Shown here piece after piece: positions 48,129 through 61,631 of a DNA stretch of 64,000 bases; within the stretch, counting starts at the first letter, position 1, and each line of letters begins with the position of its first letter. Position numbers and translations under genes: made by a program. The notes under the pieces were generated by a model. It was not told where the DNA came from and did no database searches. It worked only from the letters and a program-made list of their open reading frames with translations. The DNA comes from Felis catus (Eukaryota): positions 51,647,815 through 51,711,814 of the forward strand of contig NC_058368.1 of NCBI RefSeq assembly GCF_018350175.1, read 5' to 3'.

Positions 48129-50109
48129 TAGATAGCATTGTTTATTGATAACAGTAAAACTGACAATTTGTACCTGGTGAGACCCCAGAAGGCCTGGTCA
48201 CCTAGCAGGAATATGCCTACATGACCAGCAGAGTATAAACAATTCTAGCTGAGACTCCATTTGGGTAACTCATTCATAGTCAGTGGTTCTCTGTGTGGGA
48301 GAGAAAGCAGATTCTGCAAAGACCCTTTCAGAGGGGGAATGGCTGGAGCTAGCAAGTAGCTTCTTGGACCGTTCACTGTGAAATGCCAATCTTTACTTCA
48401 ATGTGGTTGCTACATTTGATCTTGTTCCTGAATTAAACTGTCGATTTCTGAGTGTCATTATTTGGGGGTACTGTGGCTCCTCCCTATTTAATTGCCACTT
48501 TTAGTGTGATCCTGTTGGCTGAGACTTCTGGAGCTTACCTCCGATATTTACAACCCGAAAGAGCCTGAGTGACTCAAGAGGGGACAGATCAGAACAGAGA
48601 AGAGGCCAGTTGGCAAGTGATTGAAATAGTGTTCCCTCATGATAATGAGGGTCCCAACTCTAGCACAGGTGGTGGGAGTCGAGTAGAAGGAAAAGGTTAG
48701 AGTGAAGCAGGAGGTAGGCTTGACAGTGATGGGTCGGTGACCATTTAGTTGGATGTGAATGTGGAGAGAGCAAGAGAGGAGACAAGGGTCATGGAGGTTC
48801 TAACCTTGGGCAAGAAGTTCAGTTATAGTAATTATTGTTTGAGCAATCTCTATAAAATACTGAGAAATCTTTTCCTGTTTTAAGAGAACGGTGAGTACTA
48901 CAAGTGAGTTGAAGAACTGATACTATAGTCTTTAGTTCAGCCTATTATAATCTATAGTTCAGCCTGGGATGGAAAAATCCGATAACAAAATCAGACTTAT
49001 GAAACAGATAAACTAGATTTTTGGCAAATGGTGAACACCCCTCTTGTATGCCCACTTGTTTACCATCATTATTCCTTCATTAAATCAATAATTAGGGAGT
49101 GCTATTATGAGTCAGGAAAGGTGCTACATGTTTAGGATACAGACGATGTAAACCCTGCTCTCTGGTCTCAAGGGGCTTGTGATGTAATACCATGAGGTAT
49201 TGGAGAGACTGGAGTAAAGTGGAAGCACTGACTGTGAATCGAAAAAAAAATCAGACATGAGGATCATGAAATTATGAACTCACAATCTGAAAGTAAGGAC
49301 TTTAATTATAAAAATTGATTTGCCAAAAAAAATTATAACAGCAGATTTGCCATTCTAAGTTTTTCAGTGAAAGGAAGAGCAATTCTTCCTTTTAACCCCT
49401 ACAAAATTGTTTATTTCAGCCGTAAGCAGGAGGCTTGCACTGTTTGCAGCGTAGCTCACTTTTGTCTATAGGAAACTAGGAAAATGTGGGCAGACATATA
49501 CCGCCCTGAGGAACTATCACTGCTGCTGCAAAAATGCTGGTTTAGGTGGTGCTGGAACGAGGAGGAAAGTAGCAGAAGTTTCAAGCAGGCTTTGTCAACT
49601 TTGGCACTATTGAGGAGAATCTGGCTGCAAGTCCTACTTACCCAACTGTATCTCTGCTCCTACTTCCCTCATTAATTGGACCAGCCATGCCTCACACTGC
49701 CTTACACTGCCAGGTCCTGAATTATAGTCATAAGCAGGAATCTGAAAGACCTTAAGAAGCAAATCTAGGAAGGCAGAGTGGGTGGATGGCTTTTTTCCCC
49801 TTCAACCATCTAATCAATGTTCACGCAAACTTCAAAACTCAGTATCAACATCAGCCCCCAGGTCCAGGTAGAGTTCTTCAGTTTCTCTACTGTGTAACTA
49901 TGCTCATAAAATTGCTGTGTATTGCTTTATCTTGATGTATTATAGCTATTTAACTTAATGTCTGTCTCCCCCAACATGGTGAATTCCTGGAGAGCAAGCA
50001 CTGGATCTCATTAAGTTTCCTGTCCTTTGAATTGAAACAGTACTAAAGCATAGTAAGTACTTAATATATGTTAAATGAGCAAATTGTTGAAGAAGACAAG
50101 TGAGAATAA

Positions 50110-50660
50110 GAGGGATAAATTGATAAATCCATTATAGAGGACAATTTGGTATTATTTACCTACCAACATTACACGTATAAATTCCTGGATCCAGCAGTTA
50201 TGTCTATAAGAATTTATCCTAGATATATATAGGTACATGTACCAAATATTTATGTACAGTGTTACTCACTGTAGCATTGTTTGTTAGCAGAAGTTTAGAC
50301 ATGATGGAAATGTCCATTTATAGTGGATTGATAAAATAGATTATGACATACCCATACAATGGAAGGCCAATCAGCTAATGAAAAACACAGTGTGGAAAGA
50401 TTTTCAGGATATAATGTTAAAGCAAAAAATAAATAAATTAATAAGATTCAGAACAGTGTAATATGCAAACATTTGTATAAAAAATGGAGGAAATATCTGT
50501 ATCTTACATTTTCTCTTATATGTATAAATGTCTTTGGAATGACCCAGAAGAAACTAAATAATTGCCCATTCCTCTTTTTTGGAGATCAAGGTTTGGGGAG
50601 TGAGGGAGACTTTTCACTGTCTTTCTTTCTATACCTTTAATTTCTGAAAAATGCAAATAT
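50110..50660 (+). mobile_element. Old L1 3' fragment (L1ME-like)
   Basis: CCAGCAGTT...AGAATTTATCCTA...GTAGCATTGTTTG...AAATGTCCATT...CATACAATGGAA...GAGGGAGACTTTTCACTGT. Confidence 0.65.
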
Positions 50661-50686
50661 ATGGCTGATTCAAAATACATTGTGTA

Positions 50687-50867
50687 GGGGTGTCTGGGTG
50701 GCTAGGTTGGTCAGACTCTTGATTTCAGCTCAGGTCATGATCTCATGATTTGTGAGTTTGAGCCTAGCATTGGGCTCCATGCTCTCTCTCTTCCTGTCTC
50801 TGCCCCTTTCCTACTCGCTCTCTCTCTCTCAAAATGAATAAAATAAACTTAGAAAAAAAGAAAAAGA
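50687..50867 (+). mobile_element. CanSINE (older)
   Basis: SINEC body. TSD AAAATA(C/T)ATTG(T/C)GTA at 50672-50686 and 50868-50882. Confidence 0.92.
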
Positions 50868-50889
50868 AAAATATATTGCGTAAATATTT

Positions 50890-51525
50890 TTTAAAAAGAA
50901 AACTGCCTATGATGGTTATAACAAGTTTATTCATAATTGCCAAAAGTTGGAAGCAAATAAGATGTTTTTCATTAGGCAAATGGAAAAATAAACTGGTATA
51001 TCCAGACAATGGAATAGCTAAAAAGAGATGAGCTGTCAAGCAATGAAAACACATGGAAGAACCTTAAATGCATATTGCAAAATGAAAGAAGCCAATATGA
51101 AAAGGCTACCTAGTATATTATTCCGATAAGATGGCATTTTGGAAAGGCAAAACTATGTAGACAGTAATGCCAGTGATTGCCAGAGATTGGGGGGAGGGAG
51201 GAATGACTAGGCAGAGCACAGAGGATTTTTAGGGCAGTGAAACTATTATGCAGAATACCATAATAATGGATACATGTCATTGTCCATTCATCCAAATCCA
51301 TAGAATGTACAGCACCAGGAACGATGTCCTAATGTAAATTATGGACTTTGAGTAATAATGATGTGTCTGTGTAGATTCATCCATTTAACAAATGTACCAG
51401 TCTGGTGTGAAATGTTAACAGAGGAGGCTGTACATGTGTAGGGGGAGGGGGTGTATGGGATTCTCTGTACCTGACTCTCAATTTTGCTAAGAACCAAAAG
51501 TTGCTATAAAAATAGTCTTAAACAA
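50890..51525 (+). mobile_element. L1 3' end (L1MB/L1MC1-like)
   Basis: TTTATTCATAATTGCCAAAAGTTGGAAGCAA...ACATGGAAGAACCTTAAATGCATATTGC...GAGGATTTTTAGGGCAGTGAAACTA...CATAGAATGTACA...CTCTGTACC. Confidence 0.85.
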
Positions 51526-51679
51526 AAAAGTATTCCTTAAATAAAGAAAAAAAAGAAAACTGATGAGTTAGATTTACACTATAATTAAAGGACCCTAGAT
51601 TCTGAAGCCACTCAAGGCCATTCTCTGGTTTAACATTGCAATCTAACACATGTGGGCTATGAGGATATAAGTGTATAAG

Positions 51680-51753
51680 TATGTATACATGCATACATAC
51701 ATGCATATATATGTATATACACACACACACACGCACACACACACACACACACA
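51680..51753. repeat. (TA/CA)n compound microsatellite
   Basis: Directly visible. Confidence 0.9.
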
Positions 51754-52771
51754 TTAACTATTAAAAGCCATTGTACTTTCCTGCCACCTATTAGTTAGTG
51801 CTTAGGCCTGCTATAAGTTTAGCTCACCCTCTGGTCTAGCCATAGTTTGGATCAAATACTCATATTCCTTTCTGGCACTTTGGAGAGACGGTGGAGGTTC
51901 CCACCCAAGAAGGTGGACTCTGCAGTCAGTGTGCCTAGATTGGATTTCCAGACACATCTAATTCCTAGCTGTGTTAACCTTAGTCTTTTGCTTTGTTATC
52001 TCTATCATGGATATAACAGCAGTTCCTATAGTGTAGGGTTTTTGTGAAGATCAAATGAAATAATACATGTGAAGCACTTAGCAGTAATTGGCACATATTT
52101 AAACTATTGGTGTTGCTATTTTTATTGTTATTTTTATCATCAGCATTACAATCATCATCAACCATGCCTAATCTCTGCCTGTTTGTAGCATGAAGAGTCA
52201 GAAAGGACTCTCAGCTGAGTCCTCCTGGTTCTTCCTGACATTTGCTATAAACCTAAGGTTTGAAGTCCTGGTTAAAAAAATTGTGACATCTTCATTGTGA
52301 CCTGCCAGTTGGTAAAGAAATGGATCTCATCAGTCTCACTATACCAGGAAAGACATGGGCATAAGGGTTAAGTGATTTGCCCACAGTGAAGAGTGGATCT
52401 GTAAGGAAAGAGAACCCAGGCCCCTGTGCGTTCTCCACTGTGCTCTCCATTAGTCTGCATTATGCTGGCACCATCAAAGTGCATTAAGCAATGCACCAGC
52501 TCTTGAAGTGCCGACAGTAATTCATTAATTCTGACATCTGTCTACTCCCAGCCAAAGGGAAATTGGTTTTGCAAGTATCATCCTAATGATATATCTTTGT
52601 TTTAGCATGCACATAACATTTTTTCCATCTGGGAGGAAGAAGGGGAACCCTGTATCTTTCAACCCTCAGAGACCCTAGGTAATAGATGAGAGAAATTTGA
52701 GATGCTGATTTGTCCTATTTGCATTTTTTGCATTTTCACATCACTTTTGGAATCTCTCTGGGGTGAGGAGG

Positions 52772-53129
52772 TATCTTAGTCTGTTCAGGCTGTTATAACA
52801 GTATCCCAGACTGGGCAGCTTATAAGCAACAGAAATTTAACTTCCACTGTTCTGGAGTCTGGGGGGTCTGAGATCAAGATGCCAGCATGGTTGGGTGAGG
52901 CCCCTCTTCCTGGTTCATAGCCTGTGCCTTCTCACCGTGTCCTCACATGAAGGAAGAAGCTAGAGAGTTCTGAAGGGTCTCTTTTATAAGAACATTATTC
53001 CCATTCATGAGGGTTCCACCCTCACAACCTAAGCACCCCCCAAAGGCCCCGCCTCCAATCCTATCCTTTTTGGGAGTTAGGATTCCAACATCTGAATTTC
53101 AGGGGGACACAAACATTCAGACCATAGTA
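52772..53129 (-). mobile_element. MaLR solo LTR (MLT1A-like)
   Basis: TATCTTAGTCTGTTCAGGCTG.TATAACA...CAACAGAAATTT...GATCAAGATGCCAGCA...GGGGGACACAAACATTCAGACCATAGTA. 5-bp flanks GGAGG/CGAGG. Confidence 0.88.
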
Positions 53130-54167
53130 CGAGGAGACAATCATTTAATAACAATTATTAAGTTAATATATGAAAAGTACTTAGAAATTCAATGCCTGAC
53201 ACATTAACAGTGCTATATAAGTATTTACTATCCTCATTATTATATAGTAATAAGCAATAAGTGCTCATTTTGGCTGATTTATTCATTGGATAGAAGACAT
53301 AGAAAAAACACTGTTCTATTTCAGGAGATATACTCAGCCAAAAAGGTTTGCTTTACAAACTTCATCGTATCCATCCAGGCAGCCACCACGAAGCAATTGG
53401 CATTAGCATCTGCAATAAAACATTGGCCATCCCCAGGATAGGAGCTATGTTCTAAAGAGACCTCAAGAACTCAGACATGTACAGTGAGATAGGCATGATG
53501 AAACAAAGTTATTCCAAGCATGCTCAAGGCTTCCCAGTTCAAGGCCAGAGTGAAACCAAGGCCAAACCCATTTGGCCACCTCCACACCCAGACGCATTCT
53601 TGATTGACCTCTTCAAGCTTTGAGAGCCACGAGGAGGTATGCATTTTCCTCAAGTGTTTAGAATTAGCCCCTTTTTAAATCAAAGATTTGGTTCTAAATG
53701 AAAAGACACTGGTGTGGCTTAGTGGTACGGGCTCCTGGTATATAAAATAAGAGGAACCATCAATTACGTGCAGGAATAATTGCTTGGGAGTTCAAAAGCC
53801 TAGGATGTGTCTTGAGCAGTATAGTTTACTTCATTAAAACTTAAAAACTTATTTTTCTCGTTCTATATTTTATGAGGACAAAAACATACACTTAAACATT
53901 CTATAATGTAAGTTACTACCTGTCCCTACAAGCTGGCTCTGAAACTGTTTTAGCCCTTCATTTGGCAAAATGAATGCTGAATCATGCTGAATATAACTTC
54001 TGATTTATTTTGCTGAATATAATGTCTTTATAATGCTGCATATAACTCCTGATTTATTTTTTGAATTGAGTCAAACATGTTTTTACAATTTTCTCATCTA
54101 TAGTATTAAATCCAACCTAAATTCAACCAACATTTATGGGCAGCACAGAAATTTAGAACATATTTCT

Positions 54168-54391
54168 TTTTTAAGTTTATTATTTATTTGTTTGTTTGTT
54201 TGTTTATTTATTTATTTATTTTGAGAGAGAGACAGAGAGAGAGAGCAAGTAGGGAAGGGGCAGAGAGAGAATCCCAAGCAGGCTCTGTACTGTCAGCACA
54301 GAGCCTGATGTGGGGCTCAAATCCACAAATCATGTGATCATGACCTGAGCCAAAGCCGGATGCTCAAAGGACTGAGCCACCCAGGCACCCC
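54168..54391 (-). mobile_element. CanSINE
   Basis: (TTTG/TTTA)n tail and SINEC body. TATTTCT in both flanks. Confidence 0.93.
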
Positions 54392-55048
54392 TATTTCTAA
54401 AATATTTTGGGTTTATAAAATTCCATAGAAGGACCGAATAGACATGTATATGGATGTTTACTTTTAAAGAACATTTTTCCATTTTCCATTTTCAAATTCT
54501 TCAGCCCAGAGAGAGGACACATCAGAATAGTGATGTCCTAGTTTATAATGACTGCATACTACAATTGCCTGTACCTTCTAACCTGAACATTTTTCTACTC
54601 TTGTTACAGTCACTTCTGTGCTATAGCTCAGCTGGACTGTAATTTTTAGGAGCTGTCTTGAAAATGGGAGCATTCGGTTAATTGTTGAAATGATGGATGC
54701 ATAAAGATGACCCTGGGAGTTCTAATGACTTGACTTCTCTCAGTAATGTTCCCCAAGTTTGCTAAGCTTCTTGCAAAGCCTCCCAGGCTATTATGGAAGG
54801 TGCATTTCAGAAGCTGTGGTAGGAACCCCCACCTGGCATGACTTTTGTGCATTGTTGCTTCCCCGTCAGATGCAGGTGTTGATGCTGGAGTCTACTTCTG
54901 CCCTCAGATGTGAAAGAACTTTCAAGCATCTTCGTCACATTTTTATCTATGTCAAAATAATAAAAGGATCAGAATTCTTATATTTCAGAATATATTTTTC
55001 CTCTGATGGTTTTACAAAATATCCCATGTGTAGAACTTGTGTTGTTTC

Positions 55049-55265
55049 TTTAAAAAAAATTTTTTTTAATGTTTATTTATTTATGAGAGAGAGAGAGAGC
55101 GTGAGCAGGGGAGGGGCAGAGAGAGAGGGAGCCACAGAATCTGAAGCAGGCTCTAGGCTCTGAGCTGTCAGCACAGAGCCTGATGCGGGGCTCGAACTCA
55201 GGAACCGTGAGATCATGACTCCAGCCGAAGTCAGACACCCACTGACTAAGCCACCCAGGAGCCCC
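55049..55265 (-). mobile_element. CanSINE (felid type)
   Basis: Perfect 16-bp TSD GAACTTGTGTTGTTTC at 55033-55048 and 55266-55281. Confidence 0.95.
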
Positions 55266-58200
55266 GAACTTGTGTTGTTTCATATTTCCTGAGCGCAGAG
55301 TTTCAAAGGACTTTTCTATCCTAAAGAATGTTGGTTCCCACAGTGGACTTCCCATCTTGTGCATCTGTGCCCCAGCCTTCCAGCCACTATGGGTAGAGAG
55401 AGAAAACAATCCTTCCTACCTTAAATTTTTGTTTTATTTTGAAGAGAATCCAAAATAGGTTGGGTACCATGCCTCCTTGTCCTTGATAGAGTTGTGTGTA
55501 TTGTTGATGTCAATTAAAAGGGCGATAACAGGAGCACATTCTTTTCGGCATAACGAGGCCATAACTTACACAAAGAATTCACCAAACAAAGACAGTAGGT
55601 CCATGAGTGAGCCTGTTTTAATTGAATTGGTATTTATACAAGGTGACACCCTCTTTCACACCACCCACCTCCTCCCTGGGTGACTCAGCCACTGAGCGAG
55701 AAGCCTCTGAACTGTTCATTAACACAGTCAAGTAGAGGTGGAAACGACATTCATTAAAACTCCAGGTACACATTAGTTTCAGCAAGATCCACCTGGGGAA
55801 CCACTGAAGGCAGTTCAGACACAAAGTCCCGGTTTTCTGCCCAAGAGAGGTAAGTTGAATTATATTTGCAAACATAAACATATCTGCTTTATGTGTATAA
55901 CTTTCCCTGTTTTCTTTGCAATTGATTAAAATCAGAACTTACTGTATGAACTTTGTCTTTTCTCCAGTTAAATTTTGACAGCTTCCAAGGGGACTGCTCT
56001 GCTTGTCAACAGCTCTGCTGCTGAGTGTGATTTTATATGGCATTGCCTTTTAACTTCTCTGCAACTTAACACATTTCCGGGCAGCAGAGAAATGAGAACC
56101 TCTTTGAGTTTCTGTGTGGGAGCTGTCAGCTGGTGAATCCTGTCACCCATAAGGATAGTAAATTCTTCAAGGCAATTCTATTGTCTCAAGTGACTATAAA
56201 AACATTTTTTAAAGGGACCTCCCTGTTTTCACAGAAGATGCTTTTACTGAAATGGTGAACTCCATTGTTTCATAGATGTTTTTCTTGCCTGCTAAAAACA
56301 CTGCAATCACCGAGCTGTGGGGGAGAGATGCCAAGCCCATATCCCCTGTATCCTATCTTCCCCCAGTAAGAAAAATCACATTTCTTGCATGAGTGTACCA
56401 TGGGATAAAGCAAGGTGGGTGAATTGGCAGGAGTGTGGCATCCTCCAGGGATTCCTGTGCACTTGGCTAACTTTTCTATATTATATCCTGGGTTCTAATC
56501 TGAGAATTGATTAATGTAGATGGGGGCCAATTTTCCACCTCTATTTATATCCTAGTCCTGAAAAATCAGTTTTAGAAACAGATTCTTTGATAGGAATAGA
56601 AAAGTTATTCTAAGCAGGCTTTCCTTTGTAATTGATAGCAAAGCCAACTTCTCTGACTGGTGTTTGTTTCTCCACCTTTTCCATTCATGATACAGAGCTG
56701 TGGGAATCCAACCCACCATCACTTGTCGTCTGTAACAGGAGCTCTGTCCCCTCCAAAGGGGTGTTTCCCACAGCATGCCTGGCTCTGCCTTACGTTCTAA
56801 CGTTCTCATCACTTCCCATTGGTGACCAGGTCATGTGTGTCTCAGAGATTGAAAGGTCAATTCCCAAAGGTTTACTGAGGAACTTTATAACTTGGCTTTC
56901 AAACATCTATAGTAATCAGCATTTGTAGTTTATAAGTTGAGTTTTCGTGAAATGAGATCAAATTTAACACTGGCTTTCACTTTCACAGTTGATATAACAG
57001 ATACAGTCTTTCTGATATTTGTTGTACTCCAATTTTTATTGGAACAATCAATTTGAGAAAACTGAGATATGTTATCAGTAGAAATTTTAGTAAAACATTT
57101 GGTTGATTTTAAATATCATGTGACACAGAACACATGAACAAGCTAGGGTTTTTATTAAAATTTTAGCTTCATGTAAATCTTTAATCCAGTTGACATAAAT
57201 TTGATTCGTACAGAGCATAGCCTTGTCTAGTCTAACCCATGAATTTTTTAGATGAGGACAACAAAAACATCAATGTTGAGCAACTTGCCAAGACATAGTT
57301 AACAGAACCAGAACGAGAAGACTGACCTTTGTCTTACTGAATTTTTTCAATAATTTTTTCAAATTTCTTTCACATAAAATATATAGTAGCAATAAATGAG
57401 CTTCCCTCTGGCTTTATAAAAGGGCTAAAATGATATAGAAATAAGAATGTCTTTATCCAGTAATACACTTGTGTGTATAGTGTGACCATGACATAATGAG
57501 ACATTTTTATTTGTGGTTTCTGGGCTCAGTCTTGTTATTCATTGTGTTCCCAGAGTTTCCATCCAAGGAGCGGTCAGCCCTCTGTAGGAAGGCAATGTGG
57601 CACGTGTGGAGGTTGTGGTGCACCTGATCAGTGACATCCTCAGCTCAGCCACCATTCTGTAGCTGCAGTACCATTCTGCTTTCCCGGTTGTCTTCTCCAA
57701 CCACTGGAGTTGTGACTGAAATACCTAAAACAATCATTTTTCTGTAAACAAAACAAAGAGAATATGCTCTGAATGGCTGAACTCATGCTGTGGAGTGAGC
57801 TGCATATAATTCACTAACATGATTTAACTGAGGGTGTCCCTAAGTTTCAGGCATTAACTTGAAGCATTCTTTAAGAAGGAAGTAATAAAATCCTTGGCCA
57901 GCAGTCCAAAGGAAATCTCTGTTGTCCCACACAGTTTGTCTTCTGATACTATCTGTGTCTAGGCCATTTGTTGCTCCAATTTCCTTTTCTCTTGCTGAGA
58001 ACTTTGAAATAAGCGTTTTATGTATTAATATCTATGTACTGTTTTCAGTTGCTCAGAATTTACCTTTTGATCAAAAGTCTTCATCACATGTGTTTCTTAA
58101 GTGTTTCTAGTTTACTGTTGTAAAAATCCATGTGATTTTAGAATTTGGGAAAGGCCCTTCTTCAAATGGATGCTTTGTCAAATGACAGCTATATTTATCA

Positions 58201-58949
58201 GATTGCATTTTATGTTAGCTGCTAAACTTATTAAGGGTATAAGTCATCCTTTTATTGTGATTATTAATTGGAAGAGTGTATTTAATGGCTGTCCATTAAA
58301 TGACAACTGGCTTACTTCTAGACATGAGAATTAATGTTGCTGAATCCTCATCATAGATGTGTATTGAGAGCTCTAAGCATCTAAATTATTTATTCTACAT
58401 TTCTAGACCCAAGTTTCCCTGGCCTAAAATATGACTAAGTCCCCTTTATATGGAATCTCCTGGGGGAAAGTAATGTAGATCATAGTTTCAAACTGGAATA
58501 TCAACATCCCAGGAGACTGGCGGTATTTGAGAAAATGTACAGATGCCTCATGGTACATCTGCACTGAGAGCTAATTTTAGTTAAAACGTTTTGTAGAAAA
58601 ATGCTCTGCAACAATTCTTCCCTTTTCTCCATTCCTTCCCAGCATCCTCTCCTTTGTCATTAGGTAAAAGTTTGAAAGGAATTCATGTAAAAAAAAACTG
58701 CAGGAGGTTAGAGTACAGAGAGACTTGGATTTAATCGTTATCCTACTTTGAACCAAGGGTAACTTGTACAATCATGCATATCTCACAGCACCAGTACATA
58801 AAAAGAAATTTTAGAATTCTTAATGACATATGTATCGTATTACTATTTCTTTTAAAATAGCACAAAGAAAAGTAAAACATCAAAAAAAATCTCTGAAAAA
58901 AAAATCTCCAAAAGAAAAATGTGGGACCCTGATTTTTAAAAAATCACAA

Positions 58950-59400
58950 AAGTTTACTGTAAGAAACAAAGAATTTTTTGAGTAAAACCTTCCTGGATGG
59001 ACAGTTTGAATATCATAAATGTCACCTCTTCCCAAATCATTTTATAGGGTTCATGCAATTCTGATCAAAAGTTCCAAAAGAATATTTATTTTTGAAATAG
59101 ATGAAATAATTTTAAAGTTTCTCTGAAAGAAATAAATAGATGGGAATATCTGATAGCATTTATACATAGGAAATTAATTAGGGGTGCTTGCACTGGCACT
59201 AAAATGTATTATAAAAAGATAATAATTAAAGTTTGTTTCTATTGCAAGAAACTAAAAACAGATTTCTGGAACATACAGCCACATTCTAGAATATGTAAGA
59301 ATTTTATATGTGACAAAGGAAAAATCATATGTCAATAGGAAAGGGATTCATTCCACCATTAGCCAAATAACTCCATATGTATTAGAGTTTCCATGTAACA
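58950..59400 (+). mobile_element. Old L1 ORF2 fragment
   Basis: TTCCTGGATGG..AG.TTGAATATCATAAATGTCA..TCTTCCCAAAT...TATAG..TTCATGCAATTC..ATCAAAA resembles L1M ORF2. Confidence 0.6.
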
Positions 59401-59413
59401 ATAAAGTATTTTC

Positions 59414-59444
<31 letters not shown>

Positions 59445-59660
59445 TTATTTACTTATAATTTTTTTAGGAAGAGGAAGAGCGCACACATGCAGAGGAGATG
59501 GGTAAAGGGAGAGAGAGAGAGAGAGAGAGAGAGAAAGAAAGAGAGAATATTAAGCAGGCTCCACACTCAGCATGGAGCCTCATGCAGGGCTCAATCCCAT
59601 GACCCTGGGATCATGACCTGAACCAAAATCAAGAGTCAGACACTTAACTGAGTGAGCCAG
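59414..59660 (-). mobile_element. CanSINE (older)
   Basis: (TTTA)n tail, (GA)n, AAGCAGGCTCCACACTCAGC...GGATCATGACCTGA. Confidence 0.9.
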
Positions 59661-59699
59661 TTTTTTAAATTTTTTAAAAAATTATAAGAAAACATGTGT

Positions 59700-60480
59700 A
59701 AACATTTAATTAATCTTATTTGTCCAACAAATATCCCTCTAGAACTGATTATGTGCCACGTACTGTAATAAGTTCTGGAAACACAACTGTGGCAAAGATG
59801 GTCTTGTTTCTCAATTTCTCAATTTTCTCAAGATTTAGTCTGTGTGTACGTGTGTGTGCATGCATGTTGTGCCCTGGGGATAGAAGGATAGTCAGCCACA
59901 CTAACAGGCAATCTGTTTGGTAAATGTTTTTATGGAGAGATACTCTTTGCTATTTCAACACTTGGTAGGGCCCTTAATTCAGCCTGGGAACGTGGGGGGC
60001 CAGGTTGCAATGGTGTCACTGAATGCTTCTGGGAGGTTATGTGACCTGAAGAATGAATAGAAGTCTTTCCTGAAAAGAGAGTAAGGGGCAAGGAAAGCTC
60101 AGAATGAAGACTGTTTTAGGCATAGTGCAGAGAGTAAGCAACAGCCTAAAGGTGGTAAAATTGAGGAAACCCTCAAGGAATTGGCATGACTTAGTGTGGC
60201 TGAAACTAGAGCTTGAGTGAGGAATCGAGAGTGGGGAGAGATGAGGCAGCATCTGTGGACCTGTGAGCCTTGTTAACAACTTGACTTTTATCCTGACGGA
60301 GATGAAGCACCACTGAAGAGTTTTAAGCAAGATGGTGGCTGCTTTGGTAGAGAATGGGTTAGAAGAGATTAAGTCTAGACACTTGGGAATACACCTAGGA
60401 AGCTGTTAAAATAGTAACAAAGAGATTATGGCAGTTTGAATTGGTAGCTTGAATACAGAAAGAAATACACTCGAGAGATA
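59700..60480 (-). mobile_element. L2 relic
   Basis: CAACAAATAT...TATGTGCCA...; GACTTTTATCCTGA..GAGATG.AGCACCACTGAAGAGTTTTAAGCA is typical of antisense L2. Confidence 0.6.
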
Positions 60481-60511
60481 TGTAGGAATAGAATAGAATA
60501 GAATCTCTTTA

Positions 60512-60739
60512 TTTATTTTTTTTTTAAATTTTTTTTCAACGTTTATTTATTTTTGGGACAGAGAGAGACAGAGCATGAACGGGGGAGGGGCAGAGAGAGA
60601 GGGAGACACAGAATCGGAAACAGGCTCCAGGCTGCGAGCCATCAGCCCAGAGCCTGACGCGGGGCTAGAACTCACGGACCGCGAGATCGTGACCTGGCTG
60701 AAGTCGGAGGCTTAACCGACTGCGCCACCCAGGCGCCCC
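60512..60739 (-). mobile_element. Young felid SINE (SINEC_Fc type)
   Basis: Perfect 15-bp TSD AATAGAATCTCTTTA at 60497-60511 and 60740-60754. CpGs retained. Confidence 0.97.
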
Positions 60740-61404
60740 AATAGAATCTCTTTAAATTATTAAAGAAATTAATAAATGGTAATTCTAAGTGCTGGCAAAT
60801 GTATGGACATTTATATGCTGCTGGTGCATTATAAACTGACAAGGTTTAAGGAAGGAGATTTGACAATAGGGATCAAGAAGATTTTAGAAGTTATATCCCT
60901 TAGCAAGTAATTTCACTTTTCGGGATCCATCCAAAGAAAATAATCAGACATGTGATCAAAGATTTTTGTATGGTTTTGTTGGAAACAACAGAGAAATTAT
61001 GTTATAATAATAGATGGTCACATAAAATGAAATATATTTTAGTTGCAGAAGGAATAATCATTTAAATATTTTTAATGACATTGAAAAATGTGGATCAGTG
61101 AAATCTAATAGGCAAAGAGAACCTTTGAAGAAAATAATGATACATGAAAGGTGTCTCATTTTTTCTTTGTGCTTTCTTTGACTTTATGCATTTTCTACTG
61201 AGCATGTATTACTGATATAATGAAAAAGATGATACTGTGTAAAATTGGGATAAAGAATGACCTTATGACAGAGCCATTGTGAATGTGAAATATGGTAAAG
61301 TACTTACAGTAACTAATGGGGTTTTGGATCATAGTCCGTGGTAAAAATTTGGGTTTTAATTCATTTAACAAATGCTTTCGGATAGAACTGAAAATAGCCC
61401 ATGA

Positions 61405-61537
61405 GAGGCACTGGGTGGATCAGTCAGTTAAGCGTCTGACTCTTGATTTCAGCTCAGGTCATGATTTCATGGTTCATGAGACTGAGCCCCATGTCCGGCT
61501 CTAGGCTGGTGACTTGGAGCCTGCTTGGGATCCTCTT

Positions 61538-61579
<42 letters not shown>

Positions 61580-61631
61580 CCTTCCTTGCTCTCTCACCTC
61601 TCAAAATAAAGAAATAAACTTAAAAAAAAGG
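61405..61631 (+). mobile_element. CanSINE with long (CT)n
   Basis: 13-bp TSD AAATAGCCCATGA at 61392-61404 and 61632-61644. Confidence 0.94.
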
